A stretch of 64,000 bases of DNA. Source: Glaucostegus cemiculus. Lineage: Eukaryota. A program made the position numbers and the translations under genes. The number at the start of each line of letters is the position of its first letter. The stretch's first letter is position 1. The stretch covers positions 11,036,001-11,100,000 of the forward strand of contig CDPCPM010000015.1 in assembly GCA_976551045.1 (NCBI GenBank). The letters run 5' to 3'. This document shows, in pieces, positions 12,590 through 25,310 of the stretch. The notes under the pieces are model-generated. The model was not told where the DNA came from, searched no databases, and saw only the letters and a list, made by a program, of their open reading frames with translations.

Positions 12590-13330
12590 TTACATTTGTC
12601 AGATCATCGTCTGCTGCCTGCTTTTACCTTGTTTGGTTACCTCATGTTTTTTTCCATCTGCAGAAAGTGTGATGGAACCAATAGCTCTTTGTTTCCATCC
12701 TTATGGCAGAGCCCCGAGGTGTGAGATGGGCAAGGAGTCAATTTCCTTCCTCAATCGAGACATTTTGTGCTCATGAAATTCCTGAACAGAAAGAAGCTGC
12801 ATTGTGCCATTGTAAAAGAAAACTTGTGCCCTTTTTAAACATTGACCAGTTAACTCTCGCCATGCTAGAGGCTCAAAGGAAACGCAAAGGTCTCCACGCT
12901 GGCATTCTTATTTAGAGAAAAATGCCAATGTTTAACAGAAATATAATAAAAAATAACCTTATATCTCTTTTCACTGGTTACACCCCATCAAGACCATCTT
13001 TTCACCAAATGCTTTACCAAACCTGTTATCCTCAAAGGAATTAAACTTGGTTCTTAAACCTAATTGGACAACCTACTTTAACATTCTGTTCTGATAACTT
13101 ATTGCACAGATCTAAGATTTCTCTCAGTCCTGATATTAAGAAGTATAACATACGTTACTCCTTTTTGAATCCTTCCCCAGAGAGAAGAATTTGCTTGGAT
13201 TAGTTTATTAATTATTTTCATAATTCTACAAGCTTTATCTATTTGACTTTGAAATTTCCTAATTTTTTTTGATATGACATAAATCATTGATTGGATTCAT
13301 CACAGTATTCCATTATTGACGTCAATACTA
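12590..13330. mobile_element. Highly degraded L1-like ORF2 relics (+ piece ~12590-12930, - piece ~12960-13330)
   Basis: + strand HRL...ICRKCDGTNSSLFPSLWQSP resembles the L1 C-terminal zinc knuckle; - strand NSSLWGRI resembles the L1 LSLxGRI motif. Confidence 0.4.
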
Positions 13331-13384
13331 GATCAATATTTCGTAAATTAATTTTTAGGATCTAGACAAAGAACTGACAAAGCC

Positions 13385-14230
13385 AGAATTTAATGCTCTC
13401 TCCTAAATGCCCTTGAGAATGTGATGGTGAGTCACTTTCTCGAACGGCTGAGGCCCTTCTGGTAAATGTGCTCCCATGGCCCATGGGTAAGGAGTTCCAG
13501 GATGTAGATCAAAGCACAGAAACAGACCTTTTGGCCCACCGTGTCCATGGCAACCATCAGGTACCCATCAATACTAATCCTATTTACCAGCTTTTGGCTT
13601 ATAGACTTCCATGCCTCGTATCAAGTGCTCATCCAGATACCTGTTAAATGTTATGAGAATCTCTGCCACACCATATTCACACTGTGGCCACTGTGCGCCG
13701 GTGTTGGCAGGAATGAATATTTTGTGTGTTTGATGGTGTGCTGATCAAGCAAGTTGCTTTTTCCTGGATGGTTCCAATCTTCTTGAGAATTTTTGGCACT
13801 GCATTCCAGGTATGTGGAGAGTATTCCAATACGCTTGTGACTTACGACTTGTGCCTCGTGTGTGGTGGCAAGATCTTGGGGCATCAGGAGGTAAATCACT
13901 CACTGCAGGATACCCAACCTCTGACCTGAGCTTGCAACCAAGGTATTTATAGTATGACTGTGGACCAATTGAGTTTCTGGTCAATGGTGATCTCCAGTCT
14001 ATTGATGGTGGGGTCCTACTGATGTCAAGGGCAAGTGGTTAGACTTTCTCGTGTTGGAGCAGCTCAATGCTCAGCACTCCTGTGGCATGAATGGTACTCC
14101 CCACTTACCATCCATGCTTGAATGTTGTCTGGGTCTTGCTGCTTTCTGACATGAGCTGCTCCATGTGCTGAGGAGTTGTAAATGGAATTGAACAATGTGC
14201 AGTAATCAGTGAACATCTCCGCTGCTCACC
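13385..14230 (-). mobile_element. Old CR1/L2-group LINE fragment (different family from HER1-like)
   Basis: Frameshifted YLLMPQDLATTHEAQV.. resembling HLLTPxxLxTIYKAQVRS; related + piece at ~14520-14730 and 3' piece at ~38110-38410. Confidence 0.55.
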
Positions 14231-14244
14231 GATGATTGAACTGT

Positions 14245-14510
14245 AGTGATTACAGGGGAGGTTCACCAGGATGTTGCCTGGGATGGAGTGTTTCAGTTAT
14301 AAGGAGAGACTGGAGAGACTGGGTCAATTTTCCTTGGAGCAGAGGAGATGAGGGGAAACCTGATAGAGGGGCTTAGATAGGGTGGATGGTGAGAAACCTT
14401 TCTACATAACAGAAACATCTAACACTAGATGTTTAGGTTTGTAAGGAGTAATAGACTTAAAGGGGATCAGAGGAATTTGTTTTTCACCCAGAGGGTGGGT
14501 GGTATCTGGA
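14245..14510 (+). mobile_element. CR1 fragment
   Basis: gaggttcaccaggatgttgcctggga..ttataaggagagactgga..ttggagcagaggaga..tttttcacccagagggtgg. Confidence 0.85.
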
Positions 14511-14744
14511 GCACACAACCTGATCAATCACCTCCCGGAGGCGTTCGGTGGTGCCACCAATGTCCAATCCCCTACCATCCACTTCACAGGGGCCATTACT
14601 GACCAGAAACAACTGGATCAGCCTCAGTTATCCTGGCAGTTCAGAAGGCTAGCATTTTTGAGTATCAATGTTCCTCCAATCTGAGTCAAAAACCTGGAAC
14701 TCTAAACTCAGCAGCACTGTGGGAGCACTCTAACTCCACCTCTT

Positions 14745-14880
14745 CCCCTTACCACTTTATAAGGCTATCTCCCCTCTACCCTTCCAGTCCCGATGATGTC
14801 TCGACCCAAAACATCGACTGTCCATTTCCCTCCACAGATGCTGCACGACCTGCTGAATTCCTCCAACATTTTGCGTTTTG
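14745..14880 (+). mobile_element. Penelope-like repeat with hammerhead-like motif
   Basis: cagtc-ccgatga-tgtctcgacc-caaaacatc-gactg (14785-14820), then ccacagatgctgc..gacctgctga. Confidence 0.7.
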
Positions 14881-15369
14881 ACTTTTAAGTGTTGGCCTTG
14901 TCTGTGACCCTCATGTCCTGCATTGAATTTGAAGTAAAAACCTCTCATGCAGGGAAATCGAAGTCTGGAATTCTTTTCCTCAAAATGCTGTGGTGATAAA
15001 TCAATGGATATATTCAAGACCAATTCTTAGATTTTTGTGAGCTTGTCAAGGAATAGAAAACAGAGGTGAGTTATTAACTTTGAAGTACAGATCTAGCATG
15101 AAATAACTGACTGGTAAACAGCTTCATGAGATTGACCGACCCATTCCTGTTCCTAGATGGAGAGAAATGGTTGCATTGACACATATTTCTGTCAACTGAA
15201 TTGGTTGAACAGTAAACATCTTCAGCAATGCATTTGATAATACTGATCCAGCTTCCTTGCACAATCGACCTCGATAATCCTCAGATAACATCACTGCCGG
15301 CTGTCCTCTTTCATTTAAAATGCATATATATTAAATTTAATAAAATGAGGACTGGCAGAACTGGTTGGA

Positions 15370-15840
15370 TATATTTACAAGAATGCTGCCAGGACTCGAG
15401 GGCCTGAGTTATAGGGAGAGGTTGGCCAGGCTAGGTCTTTATTCCTTGGAATAGAGCAGAAGGAGGGGTGACATTATAGAAATGTTTAAAATTATGAGAA
15501 GCAGAGAGAAGATGTACGGTAACAGTCTTTTCCCCAGGTTAGGGGAGTCCAAAACTAGGGGGCATAGGTTTAGGGAGAGAGGGGAAAGATTTAAAGGGGA
15601 CCTGAGGGGCAACTTTTTTCACGCAGAGAGTGGTGAGAATATGAAATGATCTGCCAGAGGAAGTGGGTGAGGCAGGTACAATAGTATCATTTAAGAAACA
15701 CTTGGACAGATACATGGAGGGGCAGGGCATGGAGGGATATGGGCCGAACGCAGGAAACTGGGACTAGCTGGGTGGGCAATGTAGTCAGCATGGACTGGTT
15801 GGGCCGAAGGGCCTGTATCCGTGCTGTTTCACTCTATGAC
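15370..15840 (+). mobile_element. CR1 3' fragment
   Basis: atttacaagaatgctgccaggactcgagggcctgagttatagggagagg...gggccgaagggcctgtatccgtgctg. Confidence 0.92.
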
Positions 15841-16519
15841 TTTACTGATTACTGGTGATATAATAATCACTGATAGAGGAACAATACTCATTTGATATCA
15901 TACGACATGCAGTGTTTGATGTAAAATGTCACACAATCAGTGCCTGTGGTCAGGATTGAACCCAGGTCTCTGGTGCCATAAGACAGCAGCTCTATTAGCT
16001 ATGTTGCCCTGGTGTTCACTCCCTGTACCATCACCTAACTCACTACCTCACCTCTGGGACTCCTGTGTCCAGTTGCTCCAAACCCCTGATCCAAGAATTT
16101 TTAGACGAATGTTTTACATGAATTAGCTAATAAATCAAGCATTAGACTTCAAAAGGCCTCTGACAAACAGCTGCAGTAGAGAAGGAGTGAGCATTTCCAA
16201 TTAACTGAGTTTATAAGTAAAGCACTTGCAGTGTTTATAATTCACTCATATTTTAATGTTTATAATTTTAATAGCTTAATTTATTTTCAATATTTAAATG
16301 AGTTATAAACATTACATATTAACATTTACTTATAAACAACTGAAAACATTATCGAAAACTCAGTGCTCTCTCTTCCCCACTCCTCTCCATTCAAGTGATG
16401 GGCTCAATGTTCCTAGTTGAGGGGAGTCCCGAACACTCTGCCCCTACAGGAGCTACATGCCTGCGGTATGGCACAGTTCCCCGGCAGATCTGTCTTCTAC
16501 ATGTAATAAATGTCATAAC

Positions 16520-16990
16520 AGGTGGGAAGAGGACCAAGCCTGTCAGCCCGTCAAGCCTGCTCTGTTATTCAATACAATCATGACTGAGCTGACATCCATC
16601 CAGCCCACTTTCCTGATCTTTCCCCAGAACTCTCCACTCCCTTACTGATTAGAAATCCACCTATCCCAGGCCTAAATATATCTAAGGACTCTGCCCCCAC
16701 ACTTCTCTGAGAGAAGCAGTTCCAAGGACTCGCAATCCTCTGAGAGAAGAAATTCATCCTCACCTCAGATTTAAATGGACCTCCCCTTTTTCTGAGACCA
16801 CACCCTCTGGTACTGCACTCTCTCATGACAAGAAACACCCTCCCAGCATTTACCTTGTCTGCACCCCCTAAGAATCTCACATGTTTCAATAAGATCGCTT
16901 CTCGTTCTTCTGAACTCCAATGAGAAGAGTCCCGTTCTGTCTAACCTTTCCTCATCAGACAATCCCTCCACTTCCAGTATAATCTTAGCA
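16520..16990 (-). mobile_element. CR1 3' fragment (second subfamily)
   Basis: ORFs LFSLEFRRTRSDLIETCEILRG and NFFSQRIASPWN. Confidence 0.88.
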
Positions 16991-17147
16991 AACATTTTGC
17001 AATGAAATAATCTTCCTCTCATTTTTGAAAGATTATAATTCATCATATAAGTGCAGGACTTTTGTTTTCAAAATTAAACACTTCTGCTTGTAGCTGTACC
17101 AGGACTGGAACTGCCAACTTCCAGTCACCTACTCCATTAATCAGCAC

Positions 17148-17535
17148 CAGAATCAGAATCTGAATCAGATTTATTATCAGTGACTTACATGATGTGAAGT
17201 TTGTTGTTTTGCGGCAGCAGTACAGTGCAAAGACATGAAAATTATTATAAACTACAAAAATAAATAAATAGTGCAAAAACAAGGAATAACAAGGTGGTGT
17301 TCATGGGTTCATGGACCGTTCAGAAATATGACGGCGGAGGAGAAGAAGCTTCTTCTTAATTGTTGAGTGTGGGTCTTCAAGCTCCTGTACCTCCTCCCCG
17401 ATAGTAACAAGGAGAGGGCATGTCCTGGGTGGTGATGGTCCTTGGTGATGGATGCTGCCTTCTTGAGGCACCACCTCTTGAAGATGTCCTCAGTGGTGGG
17501 GAGGGTGGTGCCCATGATGGAGCTGGCTGAGTCAC
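17148..17535 (-). mobile_element. Rex1/Babar-type LINE 3' fragment
   Basis: ORF CLKKAASITKDHHHPGHALSLLLSGRRYRSLKTHT; (AGAATC)n tail at 17148-17170. Confidence 0.9.
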
Positions 17536-17944
17536 CAGGGTCATCAGGCAATGATGGTTGATGAGAGAGAAGCTGGAGAAGGTACAAATTTCCTGTGAGG
17601 ACAAGAGCATAACTGAGGAACAGAATAACATCCTTCAGGATCAGTGAATGCAGTGCCACTCAGCCTGGGCAGCTGCTGAGCTTTCACATTTAACATCTAT
17701 AATCGCTGTTTCTAATTCCTCTTATCGATCACATTCTCTCTGCTCAGCCACATTATAAATGTGGCGTCTTGCTTGATGAGATTACAGTCTAGGACAGGAC
17801 AAAGTAAAAATGAATTTTAATTAAAAAGACTGAGTTAAAATGATATTAGAATATACTAATAGTTTGCATATCAGCAGGGATTTCATTGTGATCAATCCAA
17901 TATGTTCTCTATTACATTTTCTCCCAAGGTTTCTCAGTGTTCAT

Positions 17945-18615
17945 ACAGAACATAGAACATGGAACAGTACAGGACAGGACAGGCCCTTTGGCCCATGATG
18001 TTGTACCGAACTAATTAAACCAATGACTCCTAATTAATCTAATCCCTCTTCACCACCCATTGACAATGTCCCTTCCCTCTCTGTCTAGCCATGTGCCTCT
18101 CTAAGAGTCTCTTAAATGCTCCTGTGCTATCTACATCCACCACCACCCCTGGCAATGCATTCCAGGCACCCACCACTCTCTGTAAAAAAAACTTGCCCGC
18201 ACATCTCCTTTGTACTTTCCCCCTCTCACCTTAAGTACATGCCCTGCAGTACCAGATATTTCTGTCCTAGAAAAAAGATACCAGCTGTCTACTCTATCAG
18301 TGCCTTTCATAATTTTATGAACTTCTTTCAAATCTCCCCTCAGCCTCTGCTGCTCCAGAGTAGACAGCCCCAGCTTGTCCGACCTCTCCTCATAGCACAC
18401 GTCCTCCAAACCAGGCAGCCTCCTGGTAAACCTCCTCTGCATCCTCTGCAAAGCCTCCACATCCTTTCTGTAATGAGGCAGCCTGAACTGAATGCAATAC
18501 TTTAAATGTGGCCTAACCAGAGTTTTATAAAGTTGTAACATAACTTCCTGGCTCTTGAACTCAATGCCTCAACTAATGAAGGCAAGCCATGTGCCTTCTT
18601 TATCATCCTATCAAC
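17945..18615 (-). mobile_element. CR1 3' fragment
   Basis: ORF 18131-18541 LYKTLVRPHLKYCIQF..QRRFTRRLPGL..LRGDL. Confidence 0.92.
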
Positions 18616-19199
18616 AGGTGAACTAATTCTTTCAAACAATTTGAATCTTTTGTAACTCAAAACTATTAACATCATATTAATGTTCCTTAGGAAGTTCCTT
18701 GCAGTTTTAAATTCTGTACATTGGTTAATGTGAAATTTTATATTCTCCTTTGTATTCTCATCAAATGCAAAATGAAACTTTGTTTGTAACTTGCTTTGAT
18801 TTTTCATTAAAGTAAACCATCCTTTCAAAAGGTCACTAAACTCATTTTTCCTCCTTATATATTCCTTTCTCATCTCAAAAAGTCATGTTAATCTACATTC
18901 AGATGTTATTTGGTTCTTTCATAAAATTGGCCACTAATAATAACATTAAAGGAGGAAGAAGAGGTATAAACCAAAGTTGACCTGGATTCCCAATTGGCCA
19001 TTGAGGTTTCAAGATGAAGTGGAGACACCGACTCAGGGTGTGTGAGACCAGCAAAGGTACGTCAGTGGGTTCTGCTAAGGTACAAAGTGTTTGGTACATT
19101 ATACGGTGTCTATGGACTGCGGACTTCAGTGAACAGCAAGGGTAAAGCTTTGTATTTAAAAAATTAATTCAATTAATTACATATATTAATTCAGAATGA

Positions 19200-20150
19200 C
19201 ATAGCAGAGCAGGTGATGGATTGCAGCTGGAGTACACAGGAGCTGAAGGAAACCAGTGTGATCCATGGCAATTAAACCTGTAGTAAGTATCTGCAGCTTG
19301 AGGAACTGGAGCTGGAGTCTGAGACTTTGGCCCTGCAATGTATCTGGGGTGGAAAGTTACTCTTTGCTCCAAGAGCCAGTCACTTCCTTCGATTAAGTAC
19401 TGCAGAAATGGTCAGTCAAGATAGTCAGGAGGATATGATTACAAGTCAGGAGGGTATGGGTTTGCAAAAGGTATGAATGGAGGACTTTCAGCCCTTGCGA
19501 TTGTTCAACAAGTTCAAAGTTATTGCAGCCAATATGGACAGGAGTAGAATTCACAGGGTGGATGTGCTAACTGATCAAACCAGCGGTACTGAGGGACAAC
19601 CTCGTTTGGGAGTGTGAAAGAATATCGAAGGGATAGGGGTGTGGAGAGCCAAGAGGGTGTTTTGCTTCCTACAGCCGTGAGTGTGAATCCTGAGGCCTGT
19701 GTTGTCTGCTCAGGATTAAGGACAATATTGAAGTATCTTGGCGAGTCCTTGAATGGCCAAGCCATGCAAGGCTGGGGTATTGAGTGCCCAGATAAGGGAT
19801 GAGTAAAGGTGGGATATTTGATGATCAGCATGGATGTGGTGGGCTAAAGGGCCTGTTCCCATAGTCTGTGACAGTATGTCTCTACCTCCTCAGGACTGGA
19901 CAAGAGTCTGGCGTGAGAAGAGGGGTAAGAACCAATTGCTGTGGTCTATGTGGGAACCAACAACATGGATAGAAAAACAGAGGAAGGAAAAGCAGCGAGA
20001 ATCAGTATTCCCAAACAGAACCACAGAGGGATTAATCTCTGCATTACCAACTGAATCACATGCAAATTGGCTTAGGGTTAATAAGGTCAGAGAGTGAATG
20101 GGCAGCTCAAAGATTGGTGTGGGAGAAATGGATTTCAATTCATGGAGCAG
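19200..20150 (+). mobile_element. CR1 ORF1 relic (zinc finger/leucine zipper plus SGNH esterase-like domain), with a small tail insertion ~19690-19870
   Basis: EPIAVVYVGTNNMD at ~19929-19970 matches the esterase block VVxxGTND of CR1 ORF1p; QLEELEL-like heptads at ~19290-19320. Confidence 0.6.
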
Positions 20151-20224
20151 TGGTTAACTGCTCCATGGAGCAGTGATTAACTGGGAGTTAATAAGTATAA
20201 GAAATGTAGACTACAAGAGAAATC

Positions 20225-20515
20225 TAAGACATCTTTATTAGTCACATGTACATTGAAACATACAGTGAAATGCATCTTTTGTGTAGAGTGTTCTGGGGAT
20301 AGCCCACAAATGTCGCCATGTTTCTGGCACCAACATAGCTTGCCCACAGCTTCCTAACCTGTACATCTTTGGAATGTGGGAGGAAACCGGAGCGTCCAGA
20401 GGAAACCCACGCAGACACAGGGAGAATGTACAAACTCCTTACAGACAGCAGCCAGAATTGAACCAAGGTCACTGGCGCTGTAATATCACACTAACCGCTA
20501 CACTACCGTGCCTGC
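20225..20515 (-). mobile_element. Full-length tRNA-headed V-SINE with Rex-like tail
   Basis: Minus strand: A-box tagtgtagcgg, B-box ggttcaattct, V-domain, tail tttcactgtatgtttcaatgtacatgtgactaataaag. Confidence 0.9.
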
Positions 20516-20519
20516 TCAT

Positions 20520-22295
20520 AATCTGGTGAGAAATCTAAAAATAAACTGTGAAAGCTTCTATAGATATGCAAAGAGAAACAGGTTTTCAAGAGTTAATGGG
20601 GTCCCTCACACACTGAGGCAGGGAAATTGTACTGGGGGATAAGGAACCAGCAAAAAATATTAAGTAAGTGTTTTGTGTCTGTTTTCAAGGAAGAGGACAC
20701 AGAAACCCTTACAGAAATAGTGGAGATGATAGGTTCAGAGTACATGTGGAGCTGGAAGAAATTAACATTGGTGAAAAAAAGGTTGGTGGGATTGAAAACC
20801 AATAAATTACCACACCTGGAACATTATATACAGGTCTGCTCCCCATACCTAAACAAGAATATACTTGCAGTAGAGGGGGTGTAATGAATATTCATCAAAT
20901 CCTTTCTTTAGGGTTCTCCTGTAGGAGAGGTAGGCTGGCTGAGCCTTTACTGTCTTGGATTTAGAAGAATAAGAGGTGATTTCATTCAGGTGCTTGAACC
21001 CCTGTTGTTTGTCATCAATATTAATGATTTAGTCAGGAATGTTGGTGGAATGATTATAGAGTTTGCAAAATTGTTGGTATTGTGAACAGTGAAGAAGGTT
21101 GCCTAAGCTTACAATGGGATATAGGACAACTGAGAAAGTGGGCAAAGGAACAGTAGGTGGATCTTAACTCCGACAGTGCAAAGTGATGCACTTTGGGAAG
21201 TTAAACCAGGGCAGGGCTTACACAGTAAATGGCAGGGCCCTGGGGTGTGTCGTTCAACAAAAAGACCTAGGGTACAAGCACATAGTTCCCTGAAAGTGAT
21301 GACCCACATAGAGAAAGTGGTGAAGAAGGTGTATGACATGCTTGCTTTCAGCAACTGCAGCAATGAGTACAATAATTGATACGCAATGTAACAGCTGTAC
21401 GAAACGTTAGTTAGACCGCACTTGGAGTATTTTGTGCTGTTCTGGTCACCATCTCATAGAGTCACAGAGCATGGAAACAGGCCCTTCAGCCCAAATGGTC
21501 CATGCTGACCAAGGTGCCCCATTCCAAGCTAGTCTTATTTGCCAGCGTTTGGCCCATAACCTTCTAAACCTTTCCAATCCATGTACCTGTCCAACTGTCT
21601 TTTAAAAATTGTTTTTGTACCTCCCTCAACCACTTCCTCCGGCAGCTCATCCATATATGGACCACCCCTTGTGTAAAATAGTTGCTCCTCAAGCTCCTAT
21701 TGAATCTTTCCCCTCTCATCTTAAACCTATGCCCTCTAGTTCAGACTGAGTGCATTCACCCTATCTGTGCCCCTCATGATTTTATACTTGTCTATAAGAT
21801 CACCTCTTAGGAAGGATATAAATAAGATAGAGAGGGTGCAGAAAAGATCCACAAGGATGTTGCCTGGACTGCAGGGCTTGAGTTATAAGGAGAGATTAGG
21901 TCAGCTGGGGCTGTTTTCCCTGGAGCTAAGGAGGCTGAGGGGTGACCTTATAGAGGTTTATAAAATCATGAGGGGCACAGATGGTCATAGTATTTTCCCC
22001 AGGATAGAAGAGACTAAAACTAGAGGGCAAAATTTAAGGTGAGAGGGGAATGATGTAGGGAGTACACGAAGGGCAACTTTTTCACACAGAATGTGGTGGG
22101 TATATGAAACGAGCAGACAGAGGAAGTGGTAGAGGCCGGTATAATAACAATGTTTAAACAACAGTTGGACAGATACATGGATAGGAAAGGTTTAGAGGGA
22201 CACGGGACAAACACTGGCAAATGGATGGGCATCTTGGTCAGCATGGAAAAGTGGGGCCAAAGGGCCTGTTTCCGTGCTGTATGACTCTGCCACTA
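20520..22295 (+). mobile_element. CR1 ORF2 fragments (+) with a nested antisense CR1 3' copy at ~21455-21808
   Basis: The + copy breaks at ttctggtcaccat (~21452) and resumes taggaaggatata (~21808); the intervening sequence is a minus-strand CR1 3' end. Confidence 0.85.
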
Positions 22296-22359
22296 TGAAA
22301 CTTAGAAAATTCTTACGAGCATTTTTAAGAACCCTGTAGATGCAGAGATAATGTTTACT

Positions 22360-22451
22360 CAGTCAGAATCAGAATCCGATTTATTAACAGTGATATATGA
22401 TGTGGAATTTGTTGCTTTGCGGCAGCAGTACGGTGCAAAGACATTAGATAG

Positions 22452-22513
<62 letters not shown>

Positions 22514-22635
22514 GACCAGGTAGTGTTCACAGGTTCATGGACCATTCAGAAATCTGATGGCGGAGGGGAAGAAGCTGCTCCTGAAACATTGAGTTTGGGT
22601 CTTCAGGTTCCTGTACCTCCTCCTCGATGGTGGTG
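22360..22635 (-). mobile_element. Rex1-type 3' end containing a (GATA)n(GA)n microsatellite (22445-22510)
   Basis: Homologous to 17148-17410; tcagaatcagaatc tail. Confidence 0.85.
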
Positions 22636-22821
22636 CTTAGTTTCCACTCTGGACAATAGCAGTAGGATCTCCCTTTTTAAATAACTGTTCACAAGTGCAA
22701 TGGACACTTCAATTTATATGTAGCACAGGAAAATCAAAATACATTCAGAGCACTGACTTCCACAAATGTTGGTTGCTTCAGGTATATCTAAACTTTTGAC
22801 TAAATGTTGAGTCTTTTCTCC

Positions 22822-23130
22822 ACAGAGGGTCTCCAGGTAACCAATGGGTTCTGTTTTTACACATGTCCATAAGTCAATTTCGTCTATGTCAGAAAATAAT
22901 AAAAATCACTCTAAGGTAACCACACCTCCACAGTATTGTAATGAATGGCAGCAAATGCACATAAGACTGATAAGAAAGAACAATTACAGAAAGTGGAGAG
23001 AGGAAACTTGTTCTGCTGTTCATAGGAAGGAACTTATGTACACACATTGGACTTTTGAACGTAATATTATGGGAGCTCATTCATACATAGGAGTGTCTAC
23101 AAGTTGGGCATTTGTAACAGAGAGCCTGTG
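22822..23130. mobile_element. Putative Tigger/pogo-like MITE, degraded
   Basis: Imperfect termini cacagagggtctcc.ggtaac / gtaacagagagcctgtg, with internal cataagtc / acaagttgggcatttgtaac motifs typical of pogo-type MITEs. Confidence 0.45.
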
Positions 23131-24027
23131 ATTGCTCGCAGATTGTTTTGTTGACAAGCCATTGCTCTGGGCCTCGTGTACCCAAGGAGAACACACTGAT
23201 CTTCTTTTGCTCATGACTGACCATCTAGCTGTTCCAAAATGTTCTTTAGCTCCATCTGACTTTGCAACTTAAAAAATTTGTGACTTTTGATCTCTGTCAG
23301 GACACGTGAAAATACTGATATCTTGGCTGGCATTACGGAAGAGATGGTATCATATCAATCATGCTGTACAGTATCCAGTTCTATTACCTTCGACTAAGAG
23401 TAAATTAAGCTGCCAAAGTAATCACAGCTATTTTGCTCTACCACCCAAGGCAGATTTTAACCCAGTGTACCAACAGGGTTGCTTTCAATGTTTTACTCCC
23501 ATTCTTATTGCTGTTGTAATCCGTCAATACAAACTGTGTGAGTAAGTTTAAATGTGCACACAAGTTCTAAACAACAAGAAACTGTTTTCAATACTGCACA
23601 GGCTTTTTTTTTAATGAGAACCAACCCCCTTGAGATATTCTGTTCAAAACAGCTCTTCCTCCCCTGATCATAAACATATCAGTTTCTGCCACCAGGTGGT
23701 GGTAACTCCAAGCCATCTTTATGAACTTCCACGTGACAATGGAGGTTCTCCGTTGAATTGGAGAGGTACTCTTGTGCTTTAAGAATGCATTCACAGATGA
23801 GAGGTGAAATTATGGAATACTTTTGTATAAGTACTTCAAGGTGTATGTAGGCTAGAGCTGGAAACAATACTAGTTTTGAAGTAGACAAGTGATGTTGGGT
23901 TGAAGTTTGCTCTATGAGTTGAACCTCTATCGAGTTAAATGTCTATCAGTGTGATGAAGGCATTTCAGTTCAGCAGTGTTTTAAGTAACTCAAAGGCAGC
24001 AGTTTTAGAATTCCTCCAATAAACCAT

Positions 24028-24266
24028 TGGGGAGGAGGTACAGGAGCCTGAAGACCCACACTCAATGTTTCAGGAGCAGCTTCTTCCCCTCCACCATCAA
24101 ATTTCTGAACGGTCTATGAATTCATGAATACTACCTTATTATTTCCTCTTTTGCACTATTTATTGATTTTTGTAACTTACAGTAATTGTTATGTCTTTGC
24201 ACTGTACTGCTGCTGCAAAACAACAAATTTCACGACATATGTCAGTGATAATGAACCTGATTCTGA
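24028..24266 (+). mobile_element. Rex1-type 3' end
   Basis: ggggaggaggtacaggagcctgaagacccacactca...cctgattctga, same as 607-846. Confidence 0.9.
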
Positions 24267-24289
24267 TAAAATAACAAGATAGTATATAC

Positions 24290-24610
24290 AAACTAGGAGC
24301 AGTTGTGGATGCTTGGCCCTTCCAGCCCACACTGCTATTCAAGACAATCATGGCTGATCCGATCGTAACCTCACCTCAATGTTCCCATTTAACCGAGGTA
24401 AGCTTTAACCCCCTCATTTATCAAGAATCTATCTACCTCTGCCTTTAAAAACATTTAAATACTCTGCTTCCACAAAGGGCAGTGGAACTTTCTTCCTCAA
24501 AGAGAATTGCAAAACTTCAAATTCCACTAAGGCAAAAAAAACCCGCCTCATCTCTGCCTTTAATAGGCAACTCCTTGTTTGTAAACTGTGATTCCATAGT
24601 TCTAGATGCT
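24290..24610 (-). mobile_element. CR1 3' fragment, old
   Basis: aggagcag..ggcccttccagccc..attcaagacaatcatggctgatc..aatctatctacctctgcc. Confidence 0.7.
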
Positions 24611-25114
24611 TGGATTCAAATCAAAGGTTTACTGCACAAAAGAAAATCAACCTAAATGTCAACATATATAGCATTTAAAAAAAACGGAATTGTTTAAAAG
24701 GACTATATTGAAAGTTGGCAAAGAAAACCAGCAAAGGACTTTATAAAAGTAGTGAGCAGATAAAGAGTTCATTTGTTAAGTTCAGGGAAGAAAGAATATT
24801 GGATATTCCAAAGGAATTCTTTCCCTCAGTTTTCACACCAGACTAGTGGGTTAAACAGTAGGAGGTAGCCCACCCAGGTAGGGTAATTACAGAAAAGGAT
24901 ACAGCACCAAAGGCATTGGTAGGACTCGGGGAGGCATGCATTCGAGAACTCTGAAGCACGTTAGAGAGGAAATTGGTGAGGATCTGACCACAATCTTTCA
25001 AACAGTGTTGGACATGGAAATTGACAATGGGCCAATTGGTTAACATGAAACACTTTTCCACCAAGCTGGACCTAACAGTTAGAAACAATTCCCTCAGTTG
25101 AACCATGATTCTGT

Positions 25115-25310
25115 TCAATGAAGAAAAGGGGAATTCTCCCTGTCTGGACTATCATCTTTTGGTACTAGTTAGTCATTAATATAATTTCCATTGGTGGCAA
25201 TTTTCTTCCCGCAAACTGGAGGCTGTGTTTCCCTATTTTAAAGCAACTAGTACACTTTGAAGCTAATAATTAGCAGTCAAGCTCAGCTAGATTGTGAAAG
25301 ATGTGATCTA
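25115..25310 (+). mobile_element. DeuSINE 3' half, degraded
   Basis: gaagaaaaggggaattctccc..gcaaactgg.ggctgtgtttccc..gattgtgaaag. Confidence 0.5.

Noticed and set aside
17747-17765. Short palindrome gccacatt-ata-aatgtggc
   Set aside because: An 8-bp stem is expected occasionally by chance in 64 kb, and there is no supporting context.
20440-20515. tRNA gene
   Set aside because: The A/B boxes belong to a SINE head that continues into the V-domain; no full cloverleaf. The same applies to ~15940-16010 and 31540-31610.
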